Of a stretch of 64,000 bases of DNA, positions 13,441 to 26,276 are shown one piece after another. A program made the translations under genes and the position numbers. Numbering within the stretch: the stretch's first letter is position 1; each line of letters starts with the position of its first letter. Under the pieces are notes generated by a model. It was not told the origin of the DNA. It did not search any database and worked only from the letters and a program-made list of their open reading frames with translations. Source of the DNA: Lama guanicoe (lineage: Eukaryota); contig MU054194.1 of NCBI GenBank assembly GCA_013239625.1, positions 5,880 through 69,879 on the forward strand, read 5' to 3'.

Positions 13441-16400
13441 CTAATTACTGTAGGTGGTATGTTATGTGTTTTATTTGGGATTGTTCTTGTTTTCTGAGGT
13501 AGACTAGTATCCCCATGAACATTTTTCTTAGGATTGCTTTTGCTGCATTGCCTAGATGTTCTTGTGGTTGTGTTTTTATTGCCATTTGTCTCGAGGTATT
13601 TTTAAATTTCCTCTTTGATTTTTTTCATTTACCCATTGATTTTCAGTAGCATGTTTTTTAGTCTCCATGCAGTTATTTTCTCCTTTTTATTTTTCCTGTG
13701 GTTGATTTCTGATTTCATGCCATTGTGGTCAGAAATAATGCTTGAAAGAATTTCTATCCTCTTGAATTTGTTGAGGTTTCTTGGTGTCTTCATATGTGGT
13801 CTATCCCAGAGAATGTTTTGGGTGCGCTTGAAAAGAATGCATAATCTGTTTTTCATGTTTTTTCTGGAAAATATCAATGAAGTCTAACTATTACCTTGTG
13901 TCATTAATATCTATGCTACCTTTATTGATTTGATGTCTGGAGGAGCTCTCCAGTGGTGATAGTGGTGTGCGAAATCCTACTACTCTTTTATTCCTGTCAA
14001 TTTCTCCCTTTATATCTGTTAGTATTTGCTTTATGTACTTAGGTGATCCTACATTGGGTGCATATATGTTAATGAATATAATATCATCTGCTTTTATTGA
14101 TCCTGTTGTCATTATGTAGTGTCCTTATTTATCTTTCTTTGTGGCCTTTGTTTTGAAGTCTATTCGGCTTGCTCCCCCCCAGATCTTGTCATTTTCACTT
14201 GCATGAAATATACTTTTCCATTTCCTCACTTTCAATCTATGTGTGCCTTTCACCCTAAAGCGGGTTTCTCAGAGGCAGCATAGTTGTTGTATGCCCCTGT
14301 TTTGTTATCCAATCTACCACTCTATGACTTTTGATTGGAGCACTTATCCAATGACCTTTATGATAATTATTGATAGATGTGTGTTTATTGTCATTTTAAA
14401 CCTTGTTTTGCCATTGATTTTGTATTTCTTCTTTGTTTCTTTTTCTTTTTGGATTTCCTTTTGTGGTTTAATAATTTTCTTTTTAATAGTTTGATTTTTT
14501 TTTTGGTTTTGTCTCTCTTTTTTTTTGTTTTGTTTTTTGTTTTTTGCTTTTAGCTTTTGATTTGTGGTTACCCTGTTTTTCGAGTATGTTAACCCATTAC
14601 TATGTCTATTTGCTCTAGACTGGTAATCATGTAGACTCAAACACAACCTAAGAAAACAGAGAAAAACAAAACAAAACAAAACAAAATGAAGAAGCAGCAA
14701 CAACAACAAAGAAAAATAATCTACATTCTTTGCTCCCCACTCCCACTTTTGCATAATTTTGGTGTCCTCTTTTACCTACCTCTTCATGTTTATTGTTTTG
14801 GTGTTCATTGTAATTATGGCATTTCCAATCAAGATATTTTCTTCTTTATAGATGCCTGCTTGTTTTCTATTTAGAGAAAAACTTCCAATATTTCCTTTAG
14901 GATAGGTTTAGTATTGCTATATTCTTTTGGTTTTTGCTTGTCTCAGAAATTTTGATCTCTTCTTCTATTCTGGTTGATAGTCTTGCTGGGCAGAGTATTT
15001 TAGATTGAAGGTTTTGCTCTTTGAGGTCCTTCAGTATATCTTGCCACACGCTTCTGTCCAGAAACATTTCTGTAGAGAAATCAGCTGGTAGTCTTATGGG
15101 GCTTCCCTTATAACATTTTGTTTTTTTCTTGCTGCCTTTGGAATCTTTTCTTTATCTTTAATTTTAGCCATCTTAATTATAATATGTCCGGGTGTGAGTC
15201 TGTTCGGTTTTATCTTGTTTTGGACCCTCTGTGTTTACTGTACTTGAATGTCTCTTTCTTTCTGTAAGTTTGGGATGTTTTTCATCATAATTTCTTCAAA
15301 TATTTTTTGATCCCCTTTTCTTTTTATTCTGCTTCTTGGATCCTTATTTTGCTTAGATTGGCACACTTTATATTATCCCATATATCACTTATATTGCTTT
15401 TATTTTTTTCCATTTTTTTCTGTCTGCTGTTTTGAATGGGTGATTTACATTAACCTGTCTTCTAAACCACTTATTCTAACTTTTGCATTATTTAGTCTGC
15501 CATTGATTGCCTTTAGCTCTGCTTTTATCTCAGCAATTGAGTTTTCTGATTTATTTGCCTCCTTTTGATAGTTTATATTTCCATTTTATAGCATTCTGCA
15601 TTTTTATCAAGAACCTCTCTTATTTCTGTCAGTGATTTTTATTTTCTCTGTTTTGAACTAAGGCTCTGGTGTATAGTAGAGGTTCATTTCATCGTTTGTT
15701 CTTTCTGGGGATATATTTTGTTCTTTTAAATGAGAGTGGCTGCTCAGCTTTTTAATTTTACTTATAGCTCTCTGACTCTATACATTTTGGAGTAATAGTT
15801 TTCCAGTGTGGTCTCAAAGGGCTGTTTCTGGGAGGGAGCATTTCTGTGTAGACTGTGTCTAATATTCTTGTTGCCAAGGCTTTTTTAGAATAGATGAGTG
15901 TGATGGTTTTCCACCATGTGTGCTGGTTCTTATCTCCTTGTTTTGGCATGTGGTTGGTATTGTGGTGACCAGAGCCTGCACTGGATGTTGAATGGGGTCT
16001 CCTCTTTACACTGTGGTTTTCACAGCCCTGTCAAGGGCCATGTCTGCTCCCATGCAGTTGGAACAGAGTTGCCTAGGCCCATTTCTGAGCTGTCATGTGT
16101 GGTAATTTGGACTGGAGTGCTTTAGGTGGGAGGAGAGCTGCTGAGTATTTCTTTGTGGGAGATGTCCACTGGGAAGTTCCCTCTGTGGTGTCACCTGTAA
16201 CTCTTTGTGTAGGCTTAAAAAGAACACTTTGTTAATTCTGCCCTTATTTACACCACAGCCCCAGGAATGCCAGCAACCGGCCCTGGTTTCCCACAGGCTC
16301 TGCACCCAAAAAACTACCAGAGCAGATCTGCCAACATTAGGCACAAGGAACCTCCATAGTGCAAATGCAGTCATGCTCTTGGATCTAGTGATAGCTAGAG

Positions 16401-18395
16401 GGTCAACCCAGTCCCAGTCCCAGCCCCACCTGAATAGATGCACACCCACCATTAATGTCAGATCCACCCCCATTGCACACCAGTACTCCTCTTGGATGTC
16501 CCAGAGGCACTGACTTCACAATGGCAGCAGTGGAGCAAATATGTCACTCCCTCCTGGCTCTTGGCTCAAATCTCAGTTCCACTTGCAATGTCATGCTACT
16601 CTTGGGCATGGATTCAGGTTTTAGCCCCACCTCCACCTAGGAGATGGACACCAGTGATTCTGCCCCTCTGAATTGAGCTACACATTCTGCTATGTCTGTA
16701 CCTTGTCCTTCCCTCCACAAGAGTGTGTTTTTAATGGTGCTGAGCAATGCCCTCTGGGCTACTGGAGAAGGCTGCTATGGCTGATCATGTTCCACTCCTA
16801 TTTCTGTGTGTACCTACAGTGGAGATTTCAGTGATAGACCCAGGCCTTTTGCACATGCTCCCAGCCTCAGCCTGACCACACTCCAGCTCCCTGAGGCTGC
16901 CTTTACACTGTCAACCCCAGTCTTCTACCAAGGTCCATCCTCTGAAGCCTGAGCTCCAGCACCCACCTTTGGCTTCCACCAGCCAGCTTGCATCTTGGAC
17001 TAGGGACCACATGCACCACCAGAGCCAAACTCTCTCCATTCTGTCTGCTGCAATGTAGCTTATGTGCTCCACCAAATCTCTGAATTTTCCCTTCTGCCCC
17101 AGCTATACTCACTTCTGGGGAGGGGGAATCCCAGGGTGTGGGTGCTTTGCCCCTTTTGCCACTCCTACTCCAAGGGACAAGTCCCATCCTGACTCCTATT
17201 TTCTTTTTCCTCCTATTCATTTTCATGATGATTTTCCTCGTAGTTCCACTTGTGTAAGATTTTCTACAAGAGTTTTGTGAGAATTGTTCCACATGTAGAA
17301 GTATTTTTGAAGTATTTGTGGGAGTCAGTGAGCTCCATGTCCTTCTATCCCAACATCTTGAAACCACTCTCCTCCTTCTCTTTTATGAAAGAATTTGTGT
17401 AATATTTTGCATTAATTACTTTTTAAAAGTTAAGTATAATTTCCTAGTGAAGTCGTAGTTGGCCTGGGATTTTCCTTGTAGATAAGTGTTTTGACTACTA
17501 ATTAAATATCTTTCCTGTTACAAGTCTGTTTAAATTGTTTCTTTCCTCCAGTAATTATATCACCTACAGGCTATCAAGTTTGTTTTCTGTTTATTTGTTT
17601 AAAATGTCAAGAATAAGATGAAGATTAATAGACCAAACTGATCTTACAAAATGTGTGTAAAAAAGAAAAGGTCACAAGAAGAAATTAAATGATGAACAAA
17701 AAACATAGAAAAAAGGAAGATATATAGTAAAAACAGTGGATCAACTGTTTAAATACTTTAGTACAAAGGTTAAAATAAAAATTGTTAAATAAAATGTAAC
17801 AGCAATAGAAAGCTAAGGAATATACATGAAGATATAAAATGTGGCATTAGAAATACAAAACAAAAGGGGAGGGACAAATGTATATCTGCTAGAATTTATT
17901 TGAACTTAAATGACTACCAGCTTAATGCAAGTAGATATACTTATATGTCAACATATATCAACTTCCTGGTAACCAAAAAACAATCCCCTACAATAGATAT
18001 ACAAAAACTAGAAAGAAAGCAACAAAGACATCGCACTAAAATAGTAATCAAACTTCAAGGGGAGAAACTAAAAGAAGAAGAAAAGAACAAAAACTACAAA
18101 AACTATCAGAAAACAAGTAATAAAATGGAAATAAGAACCTACTGATGAATAATTACTCTAAATGTCAATGACCTAATGGCTCCAATCAAAAGACATAGGG
18201 TGGCTGATTAGATAAGAAAAAGTGACCAAGACCCTTAATTCAGGAATAAATAGGCACACAGACTGAAAGTGAGAGAAAAGAAAAAGATACTTTATGCAAA
18301 TGGGAATGACATTAAGGCATAGGCAACAGTACTCATATCAAACAAAATAGATTTCAGAACAAAAGCTGTAAAAAGAGAAATAAACAGGAAGAGAG

Positions 18396-18403
18396 AAGAT
18401 GGC
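18396..18403 (+). promoter_or_regulatory. YY1-type motif at the L1 5' end (also at 37327-37334)
   Basis: AAGATGGC about 10 nt from the element start in both young copies, as in the YY1 site of human L1. Confidence 0.6.
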
Positions 18404-20048
18404 AGAGTAGAAGGACACTCATAGCTCACCCTCTCCCACAAATGCACCAAGACTCACATCCACAGACCCACTCAGCCAACCAGAGCACCTGCGGAACTCC
18501 GACAGAACATCGCCCTCTTCAAAAGACAGAGATGCCAAAAATCCGGTAGAAGAAAAGGAAAAAAGAAAGAACAAAAGACATAGCAGAGCAGGACGGGTCC
18601 CGCAGGGAGGGAGCAGCAAAGGAGGTCTGGAGCTCATTTGCTTGGTCTCCCCCCTCCAACTGACAGTCCAGCGGGACGGAGGGGGGGCTTCCAAGGCTTG
18701 GATCTGTACAGAGAAGCCCTTGACTGACAGAGCTAAGTTAAACGGGCACATAGGGACCCCCGACACCCAGCCTGGGACACAGGCCAGTAGCTGCAGCAGG
18801 GCCAGGCTGCCCAAGCCAGGAGGAGGATGGGTGTGGCTGCACGGAGGCAGCCCCGGGGGACTGCAGGCAGCTGCAGGCCATGGCTGTGGGTGTACAGGGC
18901 AGAACAACCTCAGCCCGCCATAAAACAACATGGTTGATGTGCCCTGGGAAGAAGGATGCATACCCCCATCACTGAAAACCCACGGAAAGTTTTTGGGGGA
19001 AGAGATGCTGGGCTCAGGCACAGCCACCATATCCTCCAGCACTTCGCATCCTGACGGAGGCGGGGGAGAATCCTGTATCCGCACCTAAGAGCTCAGCAGC
19101 CTCAAAGGCCAGACTGCGACTTGTCTACAGCCCAAGGCAGATAGGACCCTTGCATCCCGGTCCCTCAGAGAACTTGACCCACAAAGACAAACAAGGAGCT
19201 GAGGTTTGGCCCGGAGCAGGGACAAGGCTGTCCCTCGGTCTTCCCCGAGCCCACCTCTGGAGCACCAACCTGAGGCATAACATGCAGCCTCACTGAGCAG
19301 TGGAGCTACCGACGCCGGGAGAGGGAAGGCGGCTCCCCGCCTTTCAGGCAGGAACACAGCCCTGACTGTGGTGCTGGGAGGAGGTGCGACCCGCTCTCCT
19401 ACCTGGCCAGTCTGCAACATCTCACTGTGGCATCGGGAGGGGCAGTGACCCACCTGCCCACAGCAAAGGAGAGCTGCACTTGAACCAGTTTTGGGAGGAG
19501 GTGCAATCTGCTTGCCAACATGGTACTGAGAGCAGCACAGAAGAGGGTGCCAATGGAGGGCCTCTGGAAACAGCAAGTTGAGCTTCCAAAACAGGACAAA
19601 GACAGAAAGACTTCACATTAAAAGCACACAGACTCCAGGAGAACACCGACACCCACATTCTCTTTTTTTTTTTAATCTGTTTTTACCAGTTCTATTTTCT
19701 ATTACCCTCTTAATTTTTACTTCTTAATTCATTTCTATTTCTCTTGGGTCTTGGTGTCCTGTTATTGATTAGACACAGATTTCAAATACATCTTTTCATC
19801 TTTTCCCCTTTTTTCAAAGGTTTTAAAAGGATGTCTCAACCAGATTGATACTCTGCTTCAACTTGTTCTATTATTCTTTATAAACTGTTTTCAAACCTTC
19901 TTTCTCCCTTCTTTTAAAATTCTTTCTCTCTCTCTCTTATGTTTCCTTTTTTTCCTAAGTCTTATACCTAAGTAGACTTTAGACAGATAAACTACTTAAG
20001 GACCAAAATAGATAACTGATACTCCATAAATCACAGTGCCAGAGAGGT

Positions 20049-20955
20049 ATGAGCAAGATGAAGAAGCAGAGAAACATTTCCCAATTAAAATAGCAAGAAA
20101 AATTCCCTGACAGAAAGATCAATGAAATAGATATCGATAGCCTACTAGATCAAGATTTCAAAAAAGGACTGATCAAAGTGCTGAAGGAATTAAAAGAGAT
20201 AGTTTTTAGAGATATAAAATATGTCAAAAATGACATTGAAACTATAAAGAAGAGCCAAGTCGAATGGGTAAACTCATTGGCTGAGATGAGGAATGATCTA
20301 ATAGCTGTGCATAGCTGACTAGATAATCCAGAGGAATGAATTAGTGTCCTAGAAGACAGGACACTAGAAAGCACACATTCAGAAGAGCTACAAGAGAAAC
20401 AAATAAAAAATAATGAAAATAGAATAAGGGACTTATGGGATAATATAAAGCATCCCAATCTTCACATAATAGGGTTCCCAGAAGGGGATGAAAGATCAAA
20501 AGGGATTGAAAAGATTTTTGAACAAATCATGACTGGAAAGTTCCCAAACTTAAAGAAGGGATCAGATATCCAAGTACAGGAACCTCAGAGGGTCCCAAAC
20601 AGAAAGAACCCAAATAGACCCACACCAAGGCATATCATAATCAAGATGGCCAGAGTCAAAGATAAAGAAATGATTCTACAGGTATCAAGAGAAAAGCAAA
20701 GAGTAAGTTACAAGGGAACCCCCATAAGGCTATCAGCTGATTTCTCTACACAAACACTACAGGCCAGATGGAATGGCAAGATTTATTCAAAGTCCTGAAT
20801 GAAAAAAAGATGCAGCCTAGGATACTTTATCCAGCAAGGCTATCCTTTAGGACAGAAGGATAAATAAAGAATTTCACAGACAAGAGAAACTGCAGGAGTT
20901 TATCAACAGTAAACCCATGCTAAAAGAAATATTGAAAGGTCTATTACAAATAGAA
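20049..20955 (+). pseudogene. L1 ORF1p, disrupted
   Basis: ATG AGC AAG ATG at 20049; fragment RPTPRHIIIKM...VSYKGTPIRLSADFS (20529-20798); in-frame stops. Confidence 0.9.
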
Positions 20956-21348
20956 AAGAAGCAGGATGCTACAGAAATGAGAAACTCACAAATGGAAAGG
21001 TGAGAACTCACAAATTAGACATAAACACAAAATTATAAAAGAAGACATACAAATCACTGAGAGTGGGAGAGCGAGGCAGGGAAATATAGAATAGATATAT
21101 TTTTTCTTTTTTAAATTTTTTTAACTGTAGGATGGGTTTGAGATCATGTTACTATCAGTTTAATTAAAACAGTTATAGTAATGCATTAAAAGATTTACAA
21201 AAAATGGTAACCACAAGTCAAAAATTTACAAGGGAGTCAAAAAATTAAATAAAATCCATGAAAATACAAATGAAAATTACCAAACCACAAAAGGAAGAAG
21301 AAAGGAACAAAGAGGAAATACCAAATCAACTGCAAAGAGAAGTACAAA

Positions 21349-24300
21349 ATGACAATAAACACACAGCTATCATCAATTACTGTAAATGTTAATGCACTAA
21401 ATGCTCCAGTCAAAAGACATAGAGTGGCAGACTGGATAATAAAGCAAGAACCTTTAATATGCTATATACAAGAGACCCACTTTAGGGAGAAGGACACATA
21501 TAGATTGAGAGTGAAAGGATGGAAAAGGATATTCCATGCAAATGGAAAAGCCAAAAAAGCAGGTGATGCAGTACTGATTTCACACAAAGGCCATAAAGAA
21601 AGATAAAGAAGGACATTTTATAATGATTGAAGGAGTGATACAAGATGAGGATATTACACTCGTTAATATATATGCACCCAATATAGGAGCACCTAAGTAC
21701 ATACAAGAATTAAACAGAGATAAAGGGGGATATTGATGGGAATACAATCATAGTTGGAGATTTTAACACTGCATTAACATCACCAGGCAGATCTCCCATA
21801 CAGAAAATAAACAAGGCAACAGAGAAAATAATAATACAATAGAAAAACTAGATTTGGTGGATAATTTCAGAGCATTACACCCCCCAAAAATAGGATAAGC
21901 ATTCTTTTCAAGTGCACATGGAACATTTTCCAGGATTGATCATGTACTTGGGCACAAAAGAAAGCTCAACAATTTTAAGAAGAAAGAAATTATCTCAAGC
22001 ATCCATACTGGCCACCGTGCCATGAAACTGGAAATCAACAACAGAGAAACAAAAGAGAAAAAAAGGAAAGCATGGAGATTAAAAAATATGTTATTGAAAA
22101 ATCAATGGGTCATTGAGTAAATCAAAGCTGAAATTAAAAAATACCTTGAGGCAAATGATAATGAAAGTACAACCCCACTCAAAATCTATGGGACACAGCA
22201 AATGCAGTGCAAAGAGGGAAGTTTATAACGATACAGGCATTTCTCAAAAAACAAGAACAATCTCAAATAAACAATTTGACCCAGCAGCTGAATGAATTAG
22301 AAAAAGAAGAACAAAAACCCCAAAAGGCAGAAGAAGGAAGGAAATAATAAGGATCAGAGAGGAAATAAATACAATAGTGATTAAGAAGACCATAGAAAAA
22401 AAATCAACCAAACCAAAAGCTGGTTTTTTGAAAAAGTAAATAAAATTGACAAACCTCTGGCCAAACTCACAAAGAAAGAAAAAAAGAGAGCACAAATTAG
22501 CAAAATAAGAAAGGAAAATGAAGAAACTACAACAAATAAAATAGAAATACAGAATATCTTACGATAATAGTATGAAAAACTATATGGAGCCAAACTGGAT
22601 AACCTAGAGGAGATGGACAAGTTTCTGGAAACATACTGTCCACCAAGACTGAATCAAGAAGAAACTGACCACTTAAACAATCCGATCACTAGAAAGGAAC
22701 TAGAAATGGCAATTAAAAACCTCCCTACAAACAGAAGTCCAGGACCATACGGCTTCACTGGGAAATTCGACCAAACGTACAAAGAAGAACTCATGCCAGT
22801 CCTTCTTAAACTCGTCCGGAAGATTGAAAAAGAGGGAATACTCCCAAACTCATTCTATGAAGCCATCATCACCCTGATACCAAAACCAGGCAAAGACACT
22901 ACAAAAAAAAAAGAGAATTATAGGCCAATATCACTAATGAACATAGACACCAAAATTTTAGCAAATAAAATCCAACAACACATAAAACAGATTATACATC
23001 ATGACCAAGTGGGGTTCATCCAGGGACACAAGGGTGGTTCAACATACACAAATCAATCAATGTAATACATCACATCAATAAGAGAAAGGACAAAAACTAC
23101 ATGAGCCTCTCAAAAGATGCAGAAAAAGCATTTGATAAAATTCAACACCCATTTATGATAAAAACTCTCGCCAAAGTGGGTATAGAGCAAATACATCTCA
23201 ACATCATGAAAGCTATATATGACAAACCTACAGCCAGCATACTACTCAATGGTGAAAAACTCAAAAGTTTTCCACTAAAATCTGGGACAAGACAAGGATG
23301 CCCACTAAAACCACTCCTATTCAACATAGCCCTGGAATTCTTAGCCACACCAATCAGGCAAGAGAGAGAAATAAAAGGGATCCAAATTGGAAAAGAAGGG
23401 GTAAAAGTGTCACTATATGCCAATGACAAGTTACTATATATAGAAAACATTAAAATTTCCACACAAAAACTACTAGAGCTTATTGAAGAATTCAGCAAGT
23501 TAGCAGGTACAAAATTAACGTTCAAAAGTCAGTTGCATTTCTTTACACTAATGATGAATCAACAGAAAAAGAAAGTAAAGAAACAATCCCCTTTAATATA
23601 GCACCCAAACTAATAAAATATCTAGGAAGAAATCTACCCAATGAGGTGAAAGAATTATACACAGTAAGTTATAAACCATTGATGAGGGAAATTAAAGAAG
23701 ACTTTAAAAAATGGAAAGATATCCCATGCTCTTGGATTGGAAGAATCAATATTGTTAAAATGGTCACACTACCCAAGGCATTCTACAGATTTAATGAAAC
23801 CCCTATCAAATTATCCAGGACATATTTCAGAGAAGTAGGAAAAATCACAATAAAACTTATATGGAACCATCAAAGACCTAGAATTGCCAAAGCATTACTG
23901 AAGAGAAAGAAAGAGGCTGGAGGAATAACTCTCCCAGACTTCAGACAATACTATAGAGCTTCAGTCACCAAGACAGCATGGTATTGGTACAGAAACAGAC
24001 ATACAGACCAATGGAACAGAATAGAGAGCCTAGGAATGAAGCCACAAACTTTTGGTCAACTAATCTTCTAGAAAGGAGGCAAGAATATACAATGGAATAA
24101 AGACCGTCTCTTCAGCAAATGGTGTTGGGAAAACTGGACAGCAGCATGTAAAGCAATCAAGCTAGAATACTCCCTTGCACCATACAAAAAAATCAACTCA
24201 AAATAGATCAAAGACTTAAACATAAGACAAGATACAATAAAACTCCTAGAGGGAAACATAGACAAAACATTATCTGACATAAATTTCAAAAATATTCTCC

Positions 24301-25120
24301 TAGAAGAAATAAAAGCAAGAATAAACAAATGGGACCAAATGAAACTTGCAAGCTTCTGCACAGCAAAGAAAAGCATAGGTAAAACAAAAAGACAACTTAC
24401 GGTATGGCTGAAAATTTTTGCAAATGAAACCTACAAAGGCTTGATCTCCAGAATATATAAGCAGCTCGTACGACTCAATAAGAAAAAAATAAACAACCCA
24501 ATCCAAAAATGGGCAGAAGACCTAAACAAGCAATTCTCCAAGGAAGACATACAAATTATAAAAAGCACATGAAAAAATGTTCAATATCACTAATTATCAG
24601 AGAAATGCAAATCAAAACTACAATGAGGTATCACCTCACACCAGTCAGAATGGCCGTCATTCAAAAACCCACAAATGACAAATTCTGGAGAGGCTGTGAA
24701 GAAAGGGGAACCCTCCTACACTGCTGGTGGGAATGCAGTTTGGTGCAGCCACTATGGAAACCAGTGTGGAGTTTCCTCAGAAGACTAGGAATAGACTTAC
24801 CGTATGACCCAGGAATCCCACTTCTGGGCTTTTATATCCAGAAGGAACCCTACTTCAGGATGACACCTGTACCCCAATGTTCATAGCAGCACAATTTAAA
24901 ATAGCCAAAACATGGAAACAGCCTAAAATGTCCATCAACAGATGACTGGATAAAGAAGTGGTGGTATATTTATACAATGGAATACTACTCAGCCATAAAA
25001 ACTGACAACATAATGCCATTTGCAGCAACATGGATGTTCCTGGAGAATGTCATTCTAAGTGAAGTAAGCCACAAAGAGAAAGAAAAATACCATATGATAT
25101 CGCACATATGTGGAATATAA
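21349..25120 (+). pseudogene. L1 ORF2p (endonuclease/RT), disrupted
   Basis: [49 protein letters not shown] motif mutated to YAND; several frameshifts. Confidence 0.93.
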
Positions 25121-26227
25121 AAAACAAAAACAAACACAAACAAACAAAGAAATAAACAAAAACAAAGTGTAAATACAGGACAGAAATAGACTCATAGACA
25201 TAGAATACAGACTTGTGGTTGCCAAGGGAGTGGGAGCTGGGAAGAGATAGACTGGGATTTCAAAACTGTAGAATAGATAAACAAGATTATACTGTATAGC
25301 ACAGGGAAATATACACAAAATATTATGGTAGCTCACAGAGAAAAAAATGTAACAGTGAGTGTGTATATGTCCATGTATGACTGAAAAATTGTGCTGAAAA
25401 CACTGGAATTTGACACAACATTGTAAAATGATTATAAATCAATAAATAATGTAAAAAAGACAAAGAAACACATTTTATAATGATAAATATATCAATACAG
25501 GAAGATTTAATATTCATAAACTTGTATGTGCCTATTATATGAACACATGAACATAAAAGCAAATAGGAAAAGAGAAAAAGGGGGAAATTGACAATAATAA
25601 TATAATAGTAGAGGAATTTAACACTCCAGATACATTAATGGACTGGATATCCAGAGAGAAGATCAGTAAGAAAACAGGGGCCTCAAATGTCAGAACAGTT
25701 GGGCTTAATTGATATCGATAGGACATTCCACTCAGAAAGAGCAGAATACGAATGCTTTTCAAGTGCACATGGAACATTCTCCAGGATAGATCACATGTTA
25801 GGCCACAAGACATATCCTCACAAATTTAGGACAATTGAACTCATATCAGTTATTTTTTTTTCTTACAACAATGGCATGAAGCTAGAAATCAATTACTGAA
25901 AGAATGGGAAAAATCACAATGACCTGGAAACTAAAACATATTCTTTTAAAAATACCAATGAGTCAGCAAAGAAATAAAAGAGGAAATCAGAAAATACTTT
26001 AAAATAAATAAACATTAAAATACGATTTTCCAGATATATAGGATACATCAAAAACACTTTTCATAGGGAAGTTTATAGTGTTACAAATCTACCTCATTAA
26101 ACAAGAATATCTCAGAAAACAATCTAATATTAGCCATAAAGCAAGTATGAAAAAGCAAACAAAGCCCAAATTTAACATGAGAAAAGAAATAAAAATCAGA
26201 ACAGAAATAAATGAAACAGAGACCCAT

Positions 26228-26231
<4 letters not shown>

Positions 26232-26273
<42 letters not shown>
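26232..26273. repeat. (CA)n microsatellite
   Basis: About 20 CA units. Confidence 0.95.

Positions 26274-26276
<3 letters not shown>

Larger units (their letters stand above)
10135..17370 (-). mobile_element. Full-length decayed LINE-1 (5' UTR ~15800-17370, ORF1 ~14860-15790, ORF2 ~10470-14335)
   Basis: Minus-strand ORF2p fragments VKLSLYADDMILYVENP (12083-12433), INIYAPNVGSPKYIKQIL (13891-14112) and MEYYSSI...ILSEVSQ (10359-10598). GC-richer 5' UTR; 3' end 'tttattgaagtatagt' at ~10140. The host L1 resumes after 17370. Confidence 0.93.
4850..17600 (-). mobile_element. Old host LINE-1 (3' UTR and ORF2), split into pieces ~4850-5864, 6387-7522, 9809-10134 and 17371-17600 by nested insertions
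   Basis: Minus-strand ORF2 C-terminal fragment IQIKTSMRYHFTPVR...LIHCWWDCKKVKPLWKT (5427-5681). The pieces continue collinearly across each insert, e.g. 'gcaagtttccttc' | 'aattcctagtttg' across the MaLR. Confidence 0.85.
18387..25454 (+). mobile_element. Full-length young LINE-1 (~7.07 kb), inactivated
   Basis: TSD aaaagagaaataaaca (18371-18386) / aaaagacaaagaaaca (25455-25470), 14/16 identical. GC-rich 5' UTR, ORF1, long spacer, ORF2 and aataaa near the 3' end. Confidence 0.96.

Noticed and set aside
18638..19658. Long GC-rich antisense ORFs (upstream part of the 221-aa ORF; the 163-aa ORF)
   Set aside because: Non-ATG starts, and the frames are broken in the sister copy at 37570-38530
20955..21348. 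~400-nt spacer between ORF1 and ORF2
   Set aside because: Long spacers are known in non-primate L1s and are present in every copy here
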